Shown piece after piece: positions 1-11,577 of a DNA stretch of 64,000 bases. The stretch is from assembly GCA_951406725.2 (NCBI GenBank), contig OX597842.1, forward strand, positions 33,728,001 to 33,792,000. The letters run 5' to 3'. The notes under the pieces were generated by a model. It did not search any database. It was not told the DNA's origin and was given only the letters and a program-made list of their open reading frames with translations. The number at the start of each line of letters is the position of its first letter. Positions within the stretch are counted from its first letter, which is position 1. The translations under genes were made by a program, and so were the position numbers. This DNA is from Octopus vulgaris. Its lineage: Eukaryota.

Positions 1-610
1 CCATAATTATGACCCTAGTATCGATCTATTGCATTTCAATCTATTTTAGGGTTATGGGTAGAGTTAGGGTTAGGGTTAGGGTGGGGAGAAGGGTATCTTT
101 TTTTCTTCACATATGTAAATAAACCCAATCTGTTTCTTAAACGAGGGACACATTCATACGGCACACAATGTTTCCAACTCAATAGACGTCATTGATTGGT
201 TGAAATTGCAGAAATTGAAGAAAAAAAGCAACAAATATCTTACAAACTATAGAATTTTCTCAATAAAGCTAAGAGAAAAAGATGTTTTATAGACACATTC
301 TACCAGTATAAGAAGTTTAAAAGTGTTTAGTTACCTAGAAATTATGTTAAAAGCTGCCGGTCAAACAGAAAAGATCCGAGGGACATATTCATACGGCACA
401 GAATGTTTTTTACCTCAATAGACGTCATTGATTGGTTGAAATTGTAGAAATTGAAGAAAAAAACAAATATCTCACAAACTATAGAATTTTCTCAATAAAG
501 CCAAAAGAAAAAGATGTTTTATAAACACATTCTACCAGTATAAGAAGTTTAAAAGTGTTTAGTTACGTGGAAACTATTTTTAAAAACTGCCGGTCAAACC
601 GAAAAGATCC
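1..610. mobile_element. Right part of an unclassified interspersed repeat (probable non-autonomous DNA transposon) with its terminal ~235 bp tandemly duplicated
   Basis: 143-377 and 378-610 are near-identical direct copies, each ending CTGCCGGTCAAAC(A/C)GAAAAGATCC. TTAGGG-like units at 46-81. The other terminus is outside the window. Confidence 0.55.
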
Positions 611-693
611 ACCATGCCATTTCGCACCTTAGAGTGTTACATAGGTGAGTTTTAAATTTAGGCCAGACCTAAAAGATATACATATATATATAT

Positions 694-1091
694 CAGGAGT
701 GGCTGTGTGGTAAGTAGCTTGCTAACCAATCATATGGTTCCGGGTTCAGTCCCACTGCGTGGCATCTTGGGCAAGTGTCTTCTACTATAGCCTCGGGCCG
801 ACCAAAGCCTTGTCAGTGGATTTGGTAGACGGAAACTGAAAGAAGCCCGTCGTATATATATATATGTGTGTGTGTGTGAATGTTTGTGTGTCTGTGTTTG
901 TCCCCCCAACATCGCTTGACAACCGATGCTGGTGTGTTTACGTCCCCGTCACTTAGCGGTTCGGCAAAAGAGACCGATAGAATAAGTACTGGGCTTACAA
1001 AGAATAAGTCCCGGGGTCGAGTTGCCGACTAAAGGCGGTGCCCCAGCATGGCCGCAGTCAAATGACTGAAACAAGTAAAAAGAGTAAAAGA

Positions 1092-1092
<1 letters not shown>
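694..1092 (+). mobile_element. tRNA-derived SINE, family A (full length)
   Basis: A-box TGGCTGTGTGG, B-box GGTTCAGTCCC, CTTGGGCAAG core-like motif, internal (TA)/(TG) tract, 3' tail GGCGGTGCCCCAGCATGGCCGCAGTCAAATGACTGAAACAAG(TAAAAGAG)n. Flanked by (TA)n. Many near-identical copies in the window. Confidence 0.92.
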
Positions 1093-1146
<54 letters not shown>

Positions 1147-1559
1147 TGTGTGTGTGTGTGTGTGTGTATAAGCATATGTGGGCCCGCAGGGATGTCATGA
1201 GACGTGTACAGCAAAAAGTACGAAGCACGAGTACATAGAACATGAACTATGCTTTCAAACAACGAAATACACAAGTGGAAAGCAGAGCAGACAACATAAA
1301 GACTGGCCCTTCATCAGTTGTTAGACGTTTCTCTAGTCTCTATCTATTTCTAATATGCTATTTCTAATACGATATGGCCTGGACCAAACTTTGGTAGAAA
1401 TATATCTGAGTTATATGTGTGTGTGTTTCAGTAATATTGTGGTAGAAGAGTCGAACGGGTGTATATGTCATTTATCTTTCTAAGTCCAAGAATGGAGAAA
1501 TATCAAGACAATTAAATAAATAGCTGTTGTCAAAAAAGAACCTTAAACGCAGAGATAAA

Positions 1560-1601
<42 letters not shown>

Positions 1602-1950
1602 GTTTCTTTATGAACCTGCATTAAACCTTATGGAAATATATACATATATACATGCAGAGAAACATGTCTGTATATATATATATATATATATATACATAAT
1701 ATACATAAATACATATATAGATACATAAATGCATACAAATAGGTGAATGGATATACATACACATATAAACACATACAAATATACGCATATACGTAACAGC
1801 ACAAATATATATATATATATATACACATATATATATATATATACATACAAACACGTATTTATATATACATAAATATACGTACAAACAAATTTATATATAC
1901 ACATATATACATATATATACATAAACACATGTACATATCTATACAAACTC

Positions 1951-1988
<38 letters not shown>

Positions 1989-2606
1989 TCTACTGTGTGT
2001 ACGTAGAGGCGGCGTGTGAGAATGTTGACTTAAAACAACCAGTTAAACAAGAGAAACATTCGGTAGAATCGTCTGACTGGCACCGAAGATAAGGAGTCTT
2101 GAAAAAAAAAAAGGCTGTAAATCTCGTCTGTAGACTTTTCAACATGGAAGACAAGCGAACGCGTTTTTTGAAAAGCGGGATCAGAGCGAGAATTGGCCGT
2201 CACTTAAATATAGCAGACGTCTTTAAACCGAACGCTATCTTGATAAAGAGGACATTTTTGTTATTACTGAAGATGGCGGCGGCGGCGGCGGCGGTGGTGG
2301 TGGTGGTGGTGGTGGAGGAGATAGGGACTAGGTGAAGGTTGGCGAGGTGAAATGGCGGGGATCGGGGATCGATTCTTGGTTTGGGTGTGGCGTTGTGGGG
2401 GTGTTGGAAAGGGTCTTGGGGAAAGGGTGTTTATGGTAGGATTTGCAGAAAGATCGTTTATCAGCTTACTTCTGTCTGTGTCATTCTCATCGTTTTTGCT
2501 TTCTTTCTCTCTTTATGCACGTATATATATATATATATATAGGTGTATATATATATATATACTCTTTTTTACTCTTTTTTAATTTTTTAAATATATATAT
2601 ATATAT

Positions 2607-3016
2607 ACTCTTTTACTTGTTTCAGTCATTTGACTGTGGCCATGCTGGAGCACCGCCTTTAGTCGAGCAAATCGACCCCGGAACATATTCTTTGTAAGTC
2701 CAGTACTTATTCTATCGGTCTCTTTTGCCGAACCGCTAAGTGACGGGGGCGTAAACACACCAGCATCGGTTGTCAAGCAATGCTAGGGGGACAAACACAA
2801 ACACACAAACACATACACATACATACATACATATATATACATATACATATATACGACAGGCTTCTTTCAGTTTCCGTCTACCAAATCCACTCACAAGGCT
2901 TTGGTCGGTCTGAGGCTATAGTAGAAGACACTTGCCCAAGGTGCCACGCAGTGGGACTGAATCCGGAACCATGTGGTTGTGTAGCAAGCTACTTACCACA
3001 CAGCCACTCCTGCGCC
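2607..3016 (-). mobile_element. SINE family A (full length)
   Basis: Reverse complement of 694-1092, with complete 5' end GGCGCAGGAG. Confidence 0.92.
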
Positions 3017-3020
3017 TATA

Positions 3021-3436
3021 TTTCATTTTTTCATTTTTCTTGTTTCAGCTCAGAGCTGCGGCCATGCTGGTGCACCGCCGCCGTTTTATGCTACACTGTT
3101 ATTACGAAGAGCCTCCTCTAATATGTGGCACTTGGTGAAGAATGGAGTTTGATACAACTACCCTCATTTGAACCTCTTGTCGTGAGGAAGGTTCATCTGG
3201 GACTCTCGACAGCTTTGATTTAAAAACTGCTACAACTACTTTGTGCAAGTTCCTCAGACTCTTTGGGAGAATATTAAAAAGCTGTGGGCCCTTGAAACCC
3301 AGGCTGTTGCAGAAGCTGGTCCTGAAGCACGATGGCATTGCTGGGATCTTTGGCACTATGCAGTGTTGTCCCGTTCTAGCATTGATGTAGCTTACAATGC
3401 CAAAATTTGGCACAACTCCTTCCAGGATCTTCCAGA
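3021..3436 (-). mobile_element. 5'-truncated CR1/L2-group LINE 3' end (ORF2 C-terminus and 3' UTR)
   Basis: ORF 3102-3413 is nearly identical to the C-terminus of ORF 38707-39552 (NSLGFKGPQLFNILPKSLRN, VPDEP). Same 3' tail. Confidence 0.9.
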
Positions 3437-3447
3437 CAAGTATATAT

Positions 3448-3665
3448 ACTCTTTTACTCTTTTACTTGTTTCAGTCATTTGACTGCGGCCATGCTGGAGC
3501 ACCGCCTTTAGTCGAGCAAATCGACCCCAGGACTTATTCTTTGTAAGCCCAGTACTTATTCTATCGGTCTCTTTTGCCGAACCGCTAAGTGACGGGGACG
3601 TAAACACACCAGCATCGGTTGTCAAGCAATGCTAGGGGGACAAACACAGACACACAAACACTTAT

Positions 3666-3710
<45 letters not shown>

Positions 3711-3866
3711 TACGACAGGCTTCTTTCAGTTTCCGTCTACCAAATCCACTCACAAGGCATTGGTCGGCCCGGGGCTATAGCAGAAGACACTTGCCCAAGA
3801 TGCCACGCAGTGGGACTGAACCCGGAACCATGTGGTTGGTAAGCAAGCTACTTACCACACAGCCAC
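3448..3866 (-). mobile_element. SINE family A
   Basis: Near full-length reverse-complement copy. Confidence 0.92.
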
Positions 3867-4479
3867 ATATATATATATATATATACATAGATATAAGAGG
3901 GAACCACTATGTGGAAGACCTTACGCTAGAAAGATATCCGCATAGGTCACTACTAAGAATTGTTCTCCAGAAAATTTAGCACACCAGAAAACGTAAGCAA
4001 GCAAGACAAACGAAAACTAACAAAAATATAGATTAATCAGAAACGATTGTGATAAATAAAAAGTTAATAGTATATATTTGATAGAAATATCACGTCAAAA
4101 TTCATCCTCGTTATTAACGGACAAACGGAGCTAATCTCAGCTTGCAGGCACAATATGAAATATTTGTTATCTTTTTCGTTTTTAGTACATAAACGAATTT
4201 TAAAAGAATAACAGGAACTCGTTCAATGAGACAAATTTTTTCAATTGTTTTACTTTGCTTCTAGTCACAGTTTGGGCGCAGGACAAAAAAAAACTAGCAA
4301 TGAATATAATGTTACATGGTTCAGTCGTTAGGCTATGGCCATGCTGGGGCACGGGTTTGAACAATTCTAGTCGAAAAAAATCGATCTCAGTCTTTTCTTT
4401 TATGACTGGTACTTATATCGGTCTCTCTTGCTGAAACACTAGACAACAGGAACTTAAACACACCAACACCTGTGAGAGA

Positions 4480-4630
4480 TTTAGCAGCCAAATCATCGTA
4501 AAATTATACCCTACTCTCTTATCTGTGTATATATGTATGTATGAGCCAATGAGGGAGACCTCTACATGGTAGCTAGACCTGGTAGAAATAGCAGCCAAAT
4601 CTCCCTCAAATCACATCCTATCGTCTTATC

Positions 4631-4688
<58 letters not shown>

Positions 4689-4760
4689 TGAGCCAATGAG
4701 GGAGACCTCTACGTGGTAGCTAGATCTGGTAGAAAGAGCAGCCAAATCACCTTCAAATGA
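4480..4760. repeat. Direct duplication (~145 bp period) of a dispersed repeat containing AGAAATAGCAGCCAAATCTCCCTCAAATC
   Basis: GTATGAGCCAATGAGGGAGACCTCTAC at ~4540 and ~4685. The reverse-complement motif recurs at ~26270, ~51120 and ~63810. Confidence 0.65.
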
Positions 4761-5225
4761 CAGCGCTGGTTATAACATGGCCTATTTGGTGTTGAATTAT
4801 ATCAATAAACAAAATGGTCATAGATGCAATGCCTTTGATCAATCATAAATCAAAATGATCAATCAGTACTGACTTACGACTAAACATCACTATGAACAAC
4901 AATAACAATGAATACATTTCCGTGAATACGGGTTCAACACTGGAGAACCCCCGACCTGCCCAAAAAATCAATTCACAAGTATTGTTAAGTAAATACACGA
5001 CACATTCTACTCAGTGACCCTTTAAATTGTGCCTTATTAATGTGTGGGGAAGAGGACTGCGTTTTGGCTCTGCCTGGCCCTTTCTTCATGCATGCATAGA
5101 AGGGAATCTATACATATTTATAATGTCGTATGCAGATGTATACAAATATTTTAATATGTGTGCATAATTATGTTCATAATAGATGCAGATACACATCTAT
5201 CTATCTATCTATATATATATATATA

Positions 5226-5430
5226 GACGCCATGATAGATCGTTAGCCACTACACACATTTGTTTTTGTCTCCTTGTTTCTCTCCTTGTTTTTTTTTGTG
5301 TCCCTTTCTGTAGAAGAGCGTAGGCTCGAAACGTAAAAGAGTTTTTCTATTTCTGAGCGTTATACTAATACATCTGTTTGTTTTGTACACTACCTGTCTT
5401 CGTCTTTTGTTTTTTTCGTAAACTCTCCCT
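5226..5430 (+). mobile_element. Short repeat with hammerhead-like motif (probable Penelope-like terminal-repeat fragment)
   Basis: CTTT-CTGTAGA-A-GAGC-GTAG-GCTC-GAAA-CG-TA-AAAG at 5304-5339. Homologous copies at 6250-6432 and 44323-44493. Flanked by (TA)n. Confidence 0.6.
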
Positions 5431-5443
5431 ATCTATCTATCTA

Positions 5444-5509
<66 letters not shown>

Positions 5510-5555
5510 TACACTTATGCATACACACATACGCACGTATATAGATACATGTATA

Positions 5556-5590
<35 letters not shown>

Positions 5591-5776
5591 TTCTGTTATT
5601 GTGAGCTATTCCCAGTGGGTTTTCGCTACTGCGCCACGAAAAGTGAACAGCATCAACGTTAAAGGCGCGAAGTTGTAATGATCTTTTGAACGTTAGCTGA
5701 TGGGGAATTAGTTACCAATTTTCCGTTTGTTATGTTTTTGCAAAACTTTCCTTTAGTCGCGTTTTTGTTAATTTTT

Positions 5777-5823
<47 letters not shown>

Positions 5824-5825
<2 letters not shown>

Positions 5826-6201
5826 TCTTTTACTTGTTTCAGTCATTTGACTGTGGCCATGCTGGAGCACCGCCTTTAGTCGAGCAGATCGACCCCGGGA
5901 CTTATTCTTTGTAAGCCTAGTACTTATTCTATCGGTCTCTTTTGCCGAACCGCTAAGTGAAGGGGACGTAAACACTCCAGCATCGGTTGTCAAGCAATGC
6001 TAGGAAGACAAATAAGACACACAAACACACACACATACATATATATACATATATACGACGGGCTTCTTTCAGTTTCCGACTACCAAATCCACCCGCAAGG
6101 CATTGGTCGGCTCGAGGCTATAGTAGAAGACACTTGCCCAAGATGCCACGCAGTGGGACTGAACCCGGAACCATGTGGTTGGTTGGTTAGCAAGCTACTT
6201 A

Positions 6202-6204
<3 letters not shown>
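5824..6204 (-). mobile_element. SINE family A (slightly 5'-truncated)
   Basis: Reverse-complement copy flanked by (TA)n. Confidence 0.9.
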
Positions 6205-6249
<45 letters not shown>

Positions 6250-6253
<4 letters not shown>

Positions 6254-6432
6254 GAACCTTACAGAAAAAACAAAAGACGAAGCAAGGTGGAGGAACGACA
6301 AGCAGGAGTATTAGTTTGACGCTCGGGAAAGTGAGAAAGTCTTTTACGTTTCGAGCCTACGCTCTTCAGCAGAGAGGAACAAGATAAAATAAGTGAGCGA
6401 ATAAAAGAACTTGTGAATTTAGCGATCAGTTA
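6250..6432 (-). mobile_element. Diverged copy of the 5226-5430 hammerhead-like repeat
   Basis: Plus strand CTTTTACGTTTCGAGCCTACGCTCTTCAGCAGAG at 6341-6374, with AAAACAAAAGACGAAG upstream. Confidence 0.6.
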
Positions 6433-6838
6433 TCATATATATGTGTGTGTGTGTGTGTGTAACACCTAGCCTAATAAAACCTGCGTCTTCTAAATTTTTC
6501 ACGAACTGACGCTAATAGGAAACTAATAACCCTAATCAAAACTCAATGCGGTATATGACCCTAATAATCTGTTAACTATAAAAAATGTTAAAAAGGCAAC
6601 GGAAGCAATTAAAATTAGACGTAATCCCCCAAATCAAACAATGGAATAAACCTTCTACAACTAGGAGAGGATTGCAATAGGGGGTAATATTGATAGGCTG
6701 AAGACTTCACAAAAGGAATGAACGAAAGGAGGGCAACAAAACAATTAAATACACATCAAAATAATAAATATTTAATCTATGTACACAGAGGCAGCTCAAC
6801 GTCAGCCGATGTGTTAGAAACCATTGTGGTTTCGACAC

Positions 6839-6883
<45 letters not shown>

Positions 6884-6910
6884 GTGTGTGTGTGTGTGTA
6901 TATATATATA

Positions 6911-7145
6911 CCGGAGTAAACACATAAATGTGAAACAAGGAGGAAAAAGAGTACTCAAATACAAATGGTAGAGTAATACGCTTTATTTAAAAGCAGCAGA
7001 AATTCAACAAAACCTGTTACTCGGAGTTTCACCTTCCCGTTCGTCGGACAGTTTTGTTAAAATTTTAACAAAACTGTCCGACGAACGGGAAGGTGAAACT
7101 TCGAGTAACAGGTTTTGTTGAATTTCTGCTGCTTTTAAATAAAGC
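6911..7145. mobile_element. Fold-back element: 166-bp near-perfect palindrome with a hammerhead-like motif in each arm
   Basis: 6980-7062 is the reverse complement of 7063-7145 with about one mismatch. Second copy at 42854-43057. Confidence 0.8.
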
Positions 7146-7188
7146 ATATATATATATATTTATATAAACTAAACAAAACCTGGAACAA

Positions 7189-7391
7189 CCACGTAACAGG
7201 CGACAATTTGTGGGGAGAGGGTTGGTTCTTTACATCGAGCCCCAGTATCTAACTGGTACGTATTTCATCGACTTCAAAAGGACGAAAGGCAAAGTCGAAC
7301 TGGGCAGAATTTCAACTCAGAACGTAGCGGCAGACAACATACTGCTAAGCATTTTGCCCGGCGTGCCAACGATTCTGACAGTTCTGCCGCC
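7189..7391 (-). mobile_element. SINE family B (tRNA-like head with Nin/Deu-like domain)
   Basis: Minus strand GGCGGCAGAACTGTCAGAATCGTTGGCACGCCGGGC...CTTTGCCTTTCGTCCTTTTGAAGTCGATGAAATACGTACCAG. Confidence 0.8.
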
Positions 7392-7404
7392 TTAATAATA
7401 ATAA

Positions 7405-7798
7405 TCTCTATATATATAAAGCTGAAGTTGTCTGTGTGTGACAGGTTTAGTAGCCTTCAACTAACGCTATCTCCCCCGAGACCCTGCAGCGCAAATTGAC
7501 CAAAATTGAGAGTATGATAGAAGAAGGCTTGCTCTTCCTTCCGTAGAAGAAAAAATTCAAATCGGACCATGTTAACACCAAAAATTATTTACACCAAAAA
7601 GGTGCTTTTTTTCTATGAAAATCCCTATTTTATACGATTTTTTTGACTGCTGTGTCGCCATTTTTTCGGTGTATTTCAACCCGAAAAATTTTCACTGAAA
7701 GAGAATAACAAGCTACATAATGCAAAGTTTTTACTATTCAAAAATTCCAATTCTAAAGGGTCGAAACAAACCCGAGCAACTCCGGGCGATACTGCTAG
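7405..7798 (+). mobile_element. Non-autonomous Helitron, copy 1 of tandem pair
   Basis: 5' TC after A, subterminal hairpin CCCGAGCAACTCCGGG, 3' CTAG followed by T. No TIRs or TSD. Confidence 0.8.
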
Positions 7799-8194
7799 TA
7801 TATATATAAAGCTGAAGTTGTCTGTGTGTGTGTGTGTGGCAGGTTTGGTAGCCTTCAACTAACACTATCTCCTTTGAGACCCTGCGGCACAAGTTGACCA
7901 AAATTGAGAGTATGATAGAAGAAGGCTTGCTCTTCCTTCCATAGAAGTAAAAATTCAAATTGGACCATGTTAACACCAAAAATTATTTACACCAAAAAGG
8001 TGCTTTTTTTCTATGAAAATCCCTATTTTTTACGATTTTTTGACTGCTGTGTCGCCATTTTTCAGTGTATTTCAACCAGAAAAATGTTCACTTAAAGAGA
8101 ATAACAAGCTACATAATGCAAAATTTTTACTATTCAAAAATTCCAATTCTAAAGGGTCGAAACAAACCCGAGCAACTCCGGGCGATACTGCTAG
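7799..8194 (+). mobile_element. Non-autonomous Helitron, copy 2 (head-to-tail)
   Basis: Near-identical to 7405-7798. Ends GGGCGATACTGCTAG|T. Confidence 0.8.
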
Positions 8195-8211
8195 TAAACG
8201 ATAAACGTCAC

Positions 8212-8482
8212 TCTTTTAAAGCCTAGCTAGGCTCATGGGCCCGATTTCCCGGTTTCCCGGGAGTTTGTGTTCCGCTCAGCTCGGCGGGGCGCCAGTCCAT
8301 CGCAGCGTTATTCAAGAAACAGGAAGAGAGAGAGTGAGAGAAAATTGGGGCGAAAGAGTACAACAGGGGTCACCACCATCCCCTGCCGGAGCCTCGTGGA
8401 GCTTTTAGGTGTTTTCGTTCAATAAACACACACAACACCCGGTCTTGGAATCGAAACCGTGATCTACAGACCGCGAGTTCGC
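8212..8482 (-). mobile_element. tRNA-derived SINE family C, tail type 1 (5'-truncated)
   Basis: Minus-strand head GCGAACTCGCGGTC...GGTTTCGATTCC...GAAAACACCTAAAAGCTCCAC matches 13811-13930. The tail contains GCGATGGACTGGCG, resembling the V-SINE domain. Confidence 0.7.
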
Positions 8483-8484
8483 GA

Positions 8485-8603
8485 AAGACAAAGGACGAAA
8501 GATAAAGTCGTTCTCAGCGGAATTTGAACTGAGAACGTAGTGGAAGACGAAATACTAATAAGCATTTTGCCCGGCGTGCTAACGATTCTGCCAGCTCACC
8601 GCC

Positions 8604-8604
<1 letters not shown>
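8485..8604 (-). mobile_element. SINE family B, 5' part
   Basis: Plus strand GGAATTTGAACTGAGAACG...GCTAACGATTCTGCCAGCTCACCGCC followed by (AAT)n. Confidence 0.8.
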
Positions 8605-8659
<55 letters not shown>

Positions 8660-9083
8660 CCTTTCTGTAAAGGTACAAGGCCAGGAAAATGGTGGAAAGT
8701 ATAAGTCGATTGCAGCTACTTCATATGACTCCTTTTGATGCACCACTATGTTACGGGGACGTAAACACCACAGCACCGGTTGTCAAGCGTTGATTGGACA
8801 CACGCATGCACATTATATATATATACGATTAGCTAAGGACAATCAAAGACTTGTGAATGGAACTGGTAGACAGAAACCGAAAGAAGCCCATTGTATATGT
8901 GTGTGCGTGTTTGCGTGTGCGCCTTTCTATTTGTTTATCATTCCTCCCCATCACCCAGTGTTGGTTTATTTACGTCCACGTAGCTTAGCAGTTCGGCAAA
9001 AGAGATCTACAAAGGACCAGGCTATATATATGTGTGTGCATGTGTGTGTAACCCTTCCTTATAGGCGTATGCGTGGTCATACT

Positions 9084-9640
9084 GCAGACGTGGCTATGGG
9101 GTAAGAAGCTTCCTTCCCAACCACATGGTTCTGGGTTCAATCCCACTGCGTGGCACCTTGAGCAAGTGTCTTCTACTATAACCTCGGGCTGACCAATGCC
9201 TTGTGAGTGGATTTGGCAGACGGAAACTGAAAGAAGCCCGTCGTATATATATATGTGTGTGTGTGTGCGCGCGCATCTGTGTGTGCGTGTGTGTGTGTGT
9301 GTGTTTGTCACCCACCAATATTGACAACCGATGTTGGTGTGTTTACGTCCCCGTAACTTAGCGGTTCGTCCAAAAAGACCGACAGAATAAGTACTAAGCT
9401 TACAAAGAATAAGTCGTGGGTTCGATTTGTTCGACCAAACAAACAAACAAAACAAAAAAAAAACTCTTTCGGGCGGTGCTCCAGTATGGCCGCAGTCAAA
9501 ATGAGTGAAACGAGCGAAAGAATAAAAGAATAATTTCTTCAGGGCGGTGCTCCAGTATGGCCGCAGTCAAAATGATTGAAACGAGCGAAAGAATAAAAGA
9601 ATAATTTCTTCAGGGCGGTGCCCCAGCATGGCCGCAGCGT
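9084..9640 (+). mobile_element. SINE family A with tandemly duplicated 3' tail
   Basis: Full head and body. Tail unit GGGCGGTGC(T/C)CCAG(T/C)ATGGCCGCAG at ~9471, ~9542 and ~9613 (71-bp period). Confidence 0.85.
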
Positions 9641-10000
9641 ACGGATTGCAGCGCTTAGAAGCTAAAGATGGACACACAGACACACACACATACACAGGCG
9701 TGGCAATCATTTGATAACCACCTAAACGTGCACACACGCAAGCAGGCAGGGAAACCGAAACACACACGGACACACAGACACACAGAAAAGCACACACGCA
9801 CTTAGAACGAGCCGTTTCCTTCTGATATCTTTCACTTGAGTCAGTCATTAGACTGCGGCCACGCTGGGGCAACCGTCCCGGAGAATTTTTAGTCGAAACG
9901 GATCGATCCCAGTGCTTTACACTTTTGAAGCCTGGTAATTCGCTTTATCGGTTTCCTCTTTGACAAACTGCTAAGTTACTAGACAAACACACAGATACAT

Positions 10001-10057
<57 letters not shown>

Positions 10058-10265
10058 CTACATGGTTCCGGGTTCAGTCCCACTGCGTAGCATCTTGGCC
10101 AAGTGTTTTCTATATAGCCTTGTGAGTGGATTTGGTAGACGGAAACTGAAGGAAGCCGGATGTTGGGGTGCTTATGTCCCCGTAACCAAGCGGTTCGGCA
10201 AAATAGACCGCTTTGTTCGACTAACACGCGGTGCTCAAGTATGGCCGCATCCAATGACTGAAACA
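10058..10265 (+). mobile_element. Internally deleted SINE family A
   Basis: B-box, GTGAGTGGATTTGGTAGACGGAAACTG and tail are present with deletions. Confidence 0.75.
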
Positions 10266-10291
10266 AATTAAGGAACATATATACATATATA

Positions 10292-10337
<46 letters not shown>

Positions 10338-11169
10338 CATACATACATATACATACATATATATACATATATATACACATATATATACATATATATACAC
10401 ATATCCATATATATACATACACATATATATATATATATCCATAGATATATTTACATATACATATCCACATATATACATATATATATATGCATGAATAGAT
10501 GCACATATATATTTACACATATATATACAAATGCATGCATATATATATACACATATGTATACACATATATACATATCCATACATACAGATACATATATGT
10601 ATATATAACTTCGAATAACTTAGAAAGGTTTTGGCCAGTATTGGCCCAGGCCATGTCTAACTTAACAGCACCATATATATATGAGCACACGCATACTCAC
10701 AACGGTCTACGCGAAAACACTTTCAAACTCACACATGCACATAAACACACGCACACACACACACACAACTCCATCTGAGTGTGAGCGCGCACTCACAGAG
10801 GGAGTGAGAGGGGTTGAAAGCAGCCGAGAAACGGATAAACACACGCAGCAATGTCGTGTCAGGCGTTCAACAATAACACAAAGAAGCCATCGCCGTTTGT
10901 GGGACAGTCAGAGAGAGAGAGAGAGAGAGAGATGAGAGAAAGTGGGAGGGAGGAAGAGAGAGAGAAAGAGAGAGTAAGGAGAGAAAGTGAGAGAGAATGA
11001 GGGGGAGAAGTAACTTGTACAGTGCGTGTGTGTATGAGCGTTTGTGCAGGTGCGCGTGTGTGTATATATATGTGTGTGTGTGTGTGTTTGTGTGTTATAT
11101 ATTTCAGTTAGTAGACTGCGGCCACGCTGGAGCACTGCTTTTAGTCGAACAAATCAACCGTAATTATAT

Positions 11170-11577
11170 GCGCAGGAGTGGATGTGTGGTAAGTAGCTTG
11201 CTTACCAACCACATGGTTCCGGGTTCAGTCCCACTGCGTGGCATCTTGGGCGAGTGTCTTCTGCTCTAGTCCCGGGCCGACCAATGCCTTGTGAGTGGAT
11301 TTGGTAGACGGAAACTGAAAGAAGCCCGTCGTATATATGTATATATATATATATATATATGTATGTGTATGTGTTTGTGTGTCTGTGTTTGTCCCCCTTG
11401 CATTGCTTGACAACCGATGGTGGTATGTTTACGTCCCGTAACTTAGCGGTTCAGCAAAAGAGACTGATAGAATAAGTACTGGGCTTACAAACAATAAGTC
11501 CCGGGGTCGATTTGCTCGTCTAAAGGCGGTGCTCCAGCATGGCCGCAGTAAAATGACTGAAACAAGTAAAAGAGTAA
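11170..11577 (+). mobile_element. SINE family A (full length)
   Basis: Complete copy. Confidence 0.92.

Noticed and set aside
46-81. Telomere
   Set aside because: Only 3-4 TTAGGG units inside a repeat element.
1240-1330. Hammerhead on minus strand (CTGATGA at ~1311-1317)
   Set aside because: Stems I and III could not be paired convincingly. At best a decayed relic.
2099-2335. 78-aa ORF with poly-Ala/Val
   Set aside because: Non-ATG start, (GGC)/(GGT) repeats, no recognisable homology.
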